A stretch of 26,263 bases of DNA from a virus (Duplodnaviria; Caudoviricetes): positions 1-26,263 of the IMG/VR virus record IMGVR_UViG_3300037202_000041; one strand, written 5' to 3'. The notes beneath the pieces were generated by a model. The model was given only the letters and a program-made list of their open reading frames with translations. It had not been told where the DNA came from and made no database searches. Of the stretch, positions 25,436 to 26,263 are shown piece by piece. Each line of letters begins with the position of its first letter. Positions within the stretch are counted from its first letter, which is position 1. Position numbers and translations under genes: made by a program.

Positions 25436-26051
25436 CCCACACGTCTCCATCATCCCAAACGAAGCCGCCCCAGACAGCGACCGTCCCGCCGACTGCTTCC
25501 TCGGCGACAATCGGCGTTGCGAGCTTGATCGGATCGTCAGGCTGAATTGTCTCTGTAACGTTGGTCAGCGGATCGCCGCGCGGCACGAAGCCATCGGCAT
25601 CGCTGATCGTCGCCTCGAAGCTCATCCGGAACATCCAGAACAGGCGGGCGCGATCGAAGGTCAGCAGCTCACCGCCGGCATAGAACAGTCCACGCGCGCC
25701 ACGCTCCGGGTCGATCACCCAACTCAGCAGCGCGCGGAACAGCGCGTACTTCATCGCCTCGACCGGACTGACACCAGCCTGGCCGCGGCGATCGGCCGAG
25801 GCGTCGAACTCGACAATGACGCCAATGGTCTCGGTGACGATCTGGAGGTTGCCGTCCAACAGGTCGTTGCTGCCGGCCTCATCCTCCAACGGGATCACCA
25901 CGGCCGCCGGATAGACGAATTTGCCGGTCAGCGGATCGGTGATCGCGATGACGGACTCGACCCCGGTCTCAAAGTCGGCCGCGCCGCCGACGCGCCCGCC
26001 CAGCTCCGGGCAGTAGCGCCGAAGCTGCTCGATCACCAACGAGATATCCAT
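25431..26051 (-). CDS. Phage tail terminator-like protein
   Basis: VIEQLRRYCP..GGRVGGAADF, PAAVVIP, DRRGQ, LFRALLSW, DRARLFW; follows the gp10-like gene. Confidence 0.78.
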   Translation of the reverse strand: MDISLVIEQLRRYCPELGGRVGGAADFETGVESVIAITDPLTGKFVYPAAVVIPLEDEAGSNDLLDGNLQIVTETIGVIVEFDASADRRGQAGVSPVEAMKYALFRALLSWVIDPERGARGLFYAGGELLTFDRARLFWMFRMSFEATISDADGFVPRGDPLTNVTETIQPDDPIKLATPIVAEEAVGGTVAVWGGFVWDDGDVWG

Positions 26052-26263
26052 CAGCCGGACTTCTTGCCCCGCTGAAATTTGAGGCCGCTCATCACCGCGA
26101 CGCGCACCCTGTCGGCCAGGCCATTTGCCACGGCCTGGTCGAGCGCCGGCTCCAGGAACGGGCGCGGCAGTAGGATGCGCTTCTTCGAAATCGCGCTGCG
26201 CTTCATGCGGCGAGGTCCGGTCAGATTGGACGGCACGAAATTCGACGCCTTGCTGGTGTCACC
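26051..26263 (-). CDS. HK97 gp10-like tail completion protein, C-terminal part (runs off the window)
   Basis: Frame open to the window edge; LPRPFLEPALD motif; TGATG overlap with the terminator gene. Confidence 0.65.
   Translation of the reverse strand, partial: GDTSKASNFVPSNLTGPRRMKRSAISKKRILLPRPFLEPALDQAVANGLADRVRVAVMSGLKFQRGKKSG

Larger units (their letters stand above)
4766..26263 (-). mobile_element. Prophage tail module (Mu-like contractile tail), continuing beyond the right edge
   Basis: Syntenic terminator-sheath-tube-chaperone-TMP-gpN-gp44..48-fibre gene order. Confidence 0.9.

Noticed and set aside
4766-26263. Tailocin or eCIS interpretation
   Set aside because: The gp10-like and terminator genes fit an ordinary phage; head genes would lie outside the window, so this cannot be decided here.
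1-26263. CRISPR array, tRNA or rRNA genes
   Set aside because: No regularly spaced repeats or recognisable RNA-gene signatures were found by eye.

Overview
GC-rich window, almost all coding on the minus strand; the gene families suggest an alphaproteobacterial host (inference). 4766-26263 is the tail half of a Mu-like contractile-tail prophage: gp10-like protein, tail terminator, DUF2635, sheath, tube, G/GT chaperone with a -1 slippery site, tape measure with a lambda-R-like lysozyme domain, gpN, gp44-gp48 baseplate, Gly-rich fibre and adaptor. Accessory blocks are inserted in the operon: three FN3 proteins sharing an unrecognised C-terminal domain (one fused to gpN), a LamG-like/SGNH protein, and an AT-richer cassette (CRR6/DUF1817-domain protein, RHH regulator, divergent small gene). 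1-4700 is a rearranged type I R-M locus: orphan Phd-family gene, a 16-codon hsdM relic, hsdR, and an hsdS whose C-terminus is replaced by foreign sequence. The most notable observation is two copies of a 108/130-nt palindromic element sitting exactly in stop/start overlaps of tail genes, with an apparent GATG duplication. Each copy supplies an RBS-like motif and a mini-ORF that could preserve translational coupling. All calls come from reading the sequence and recalled family motifs; no database searches were run.
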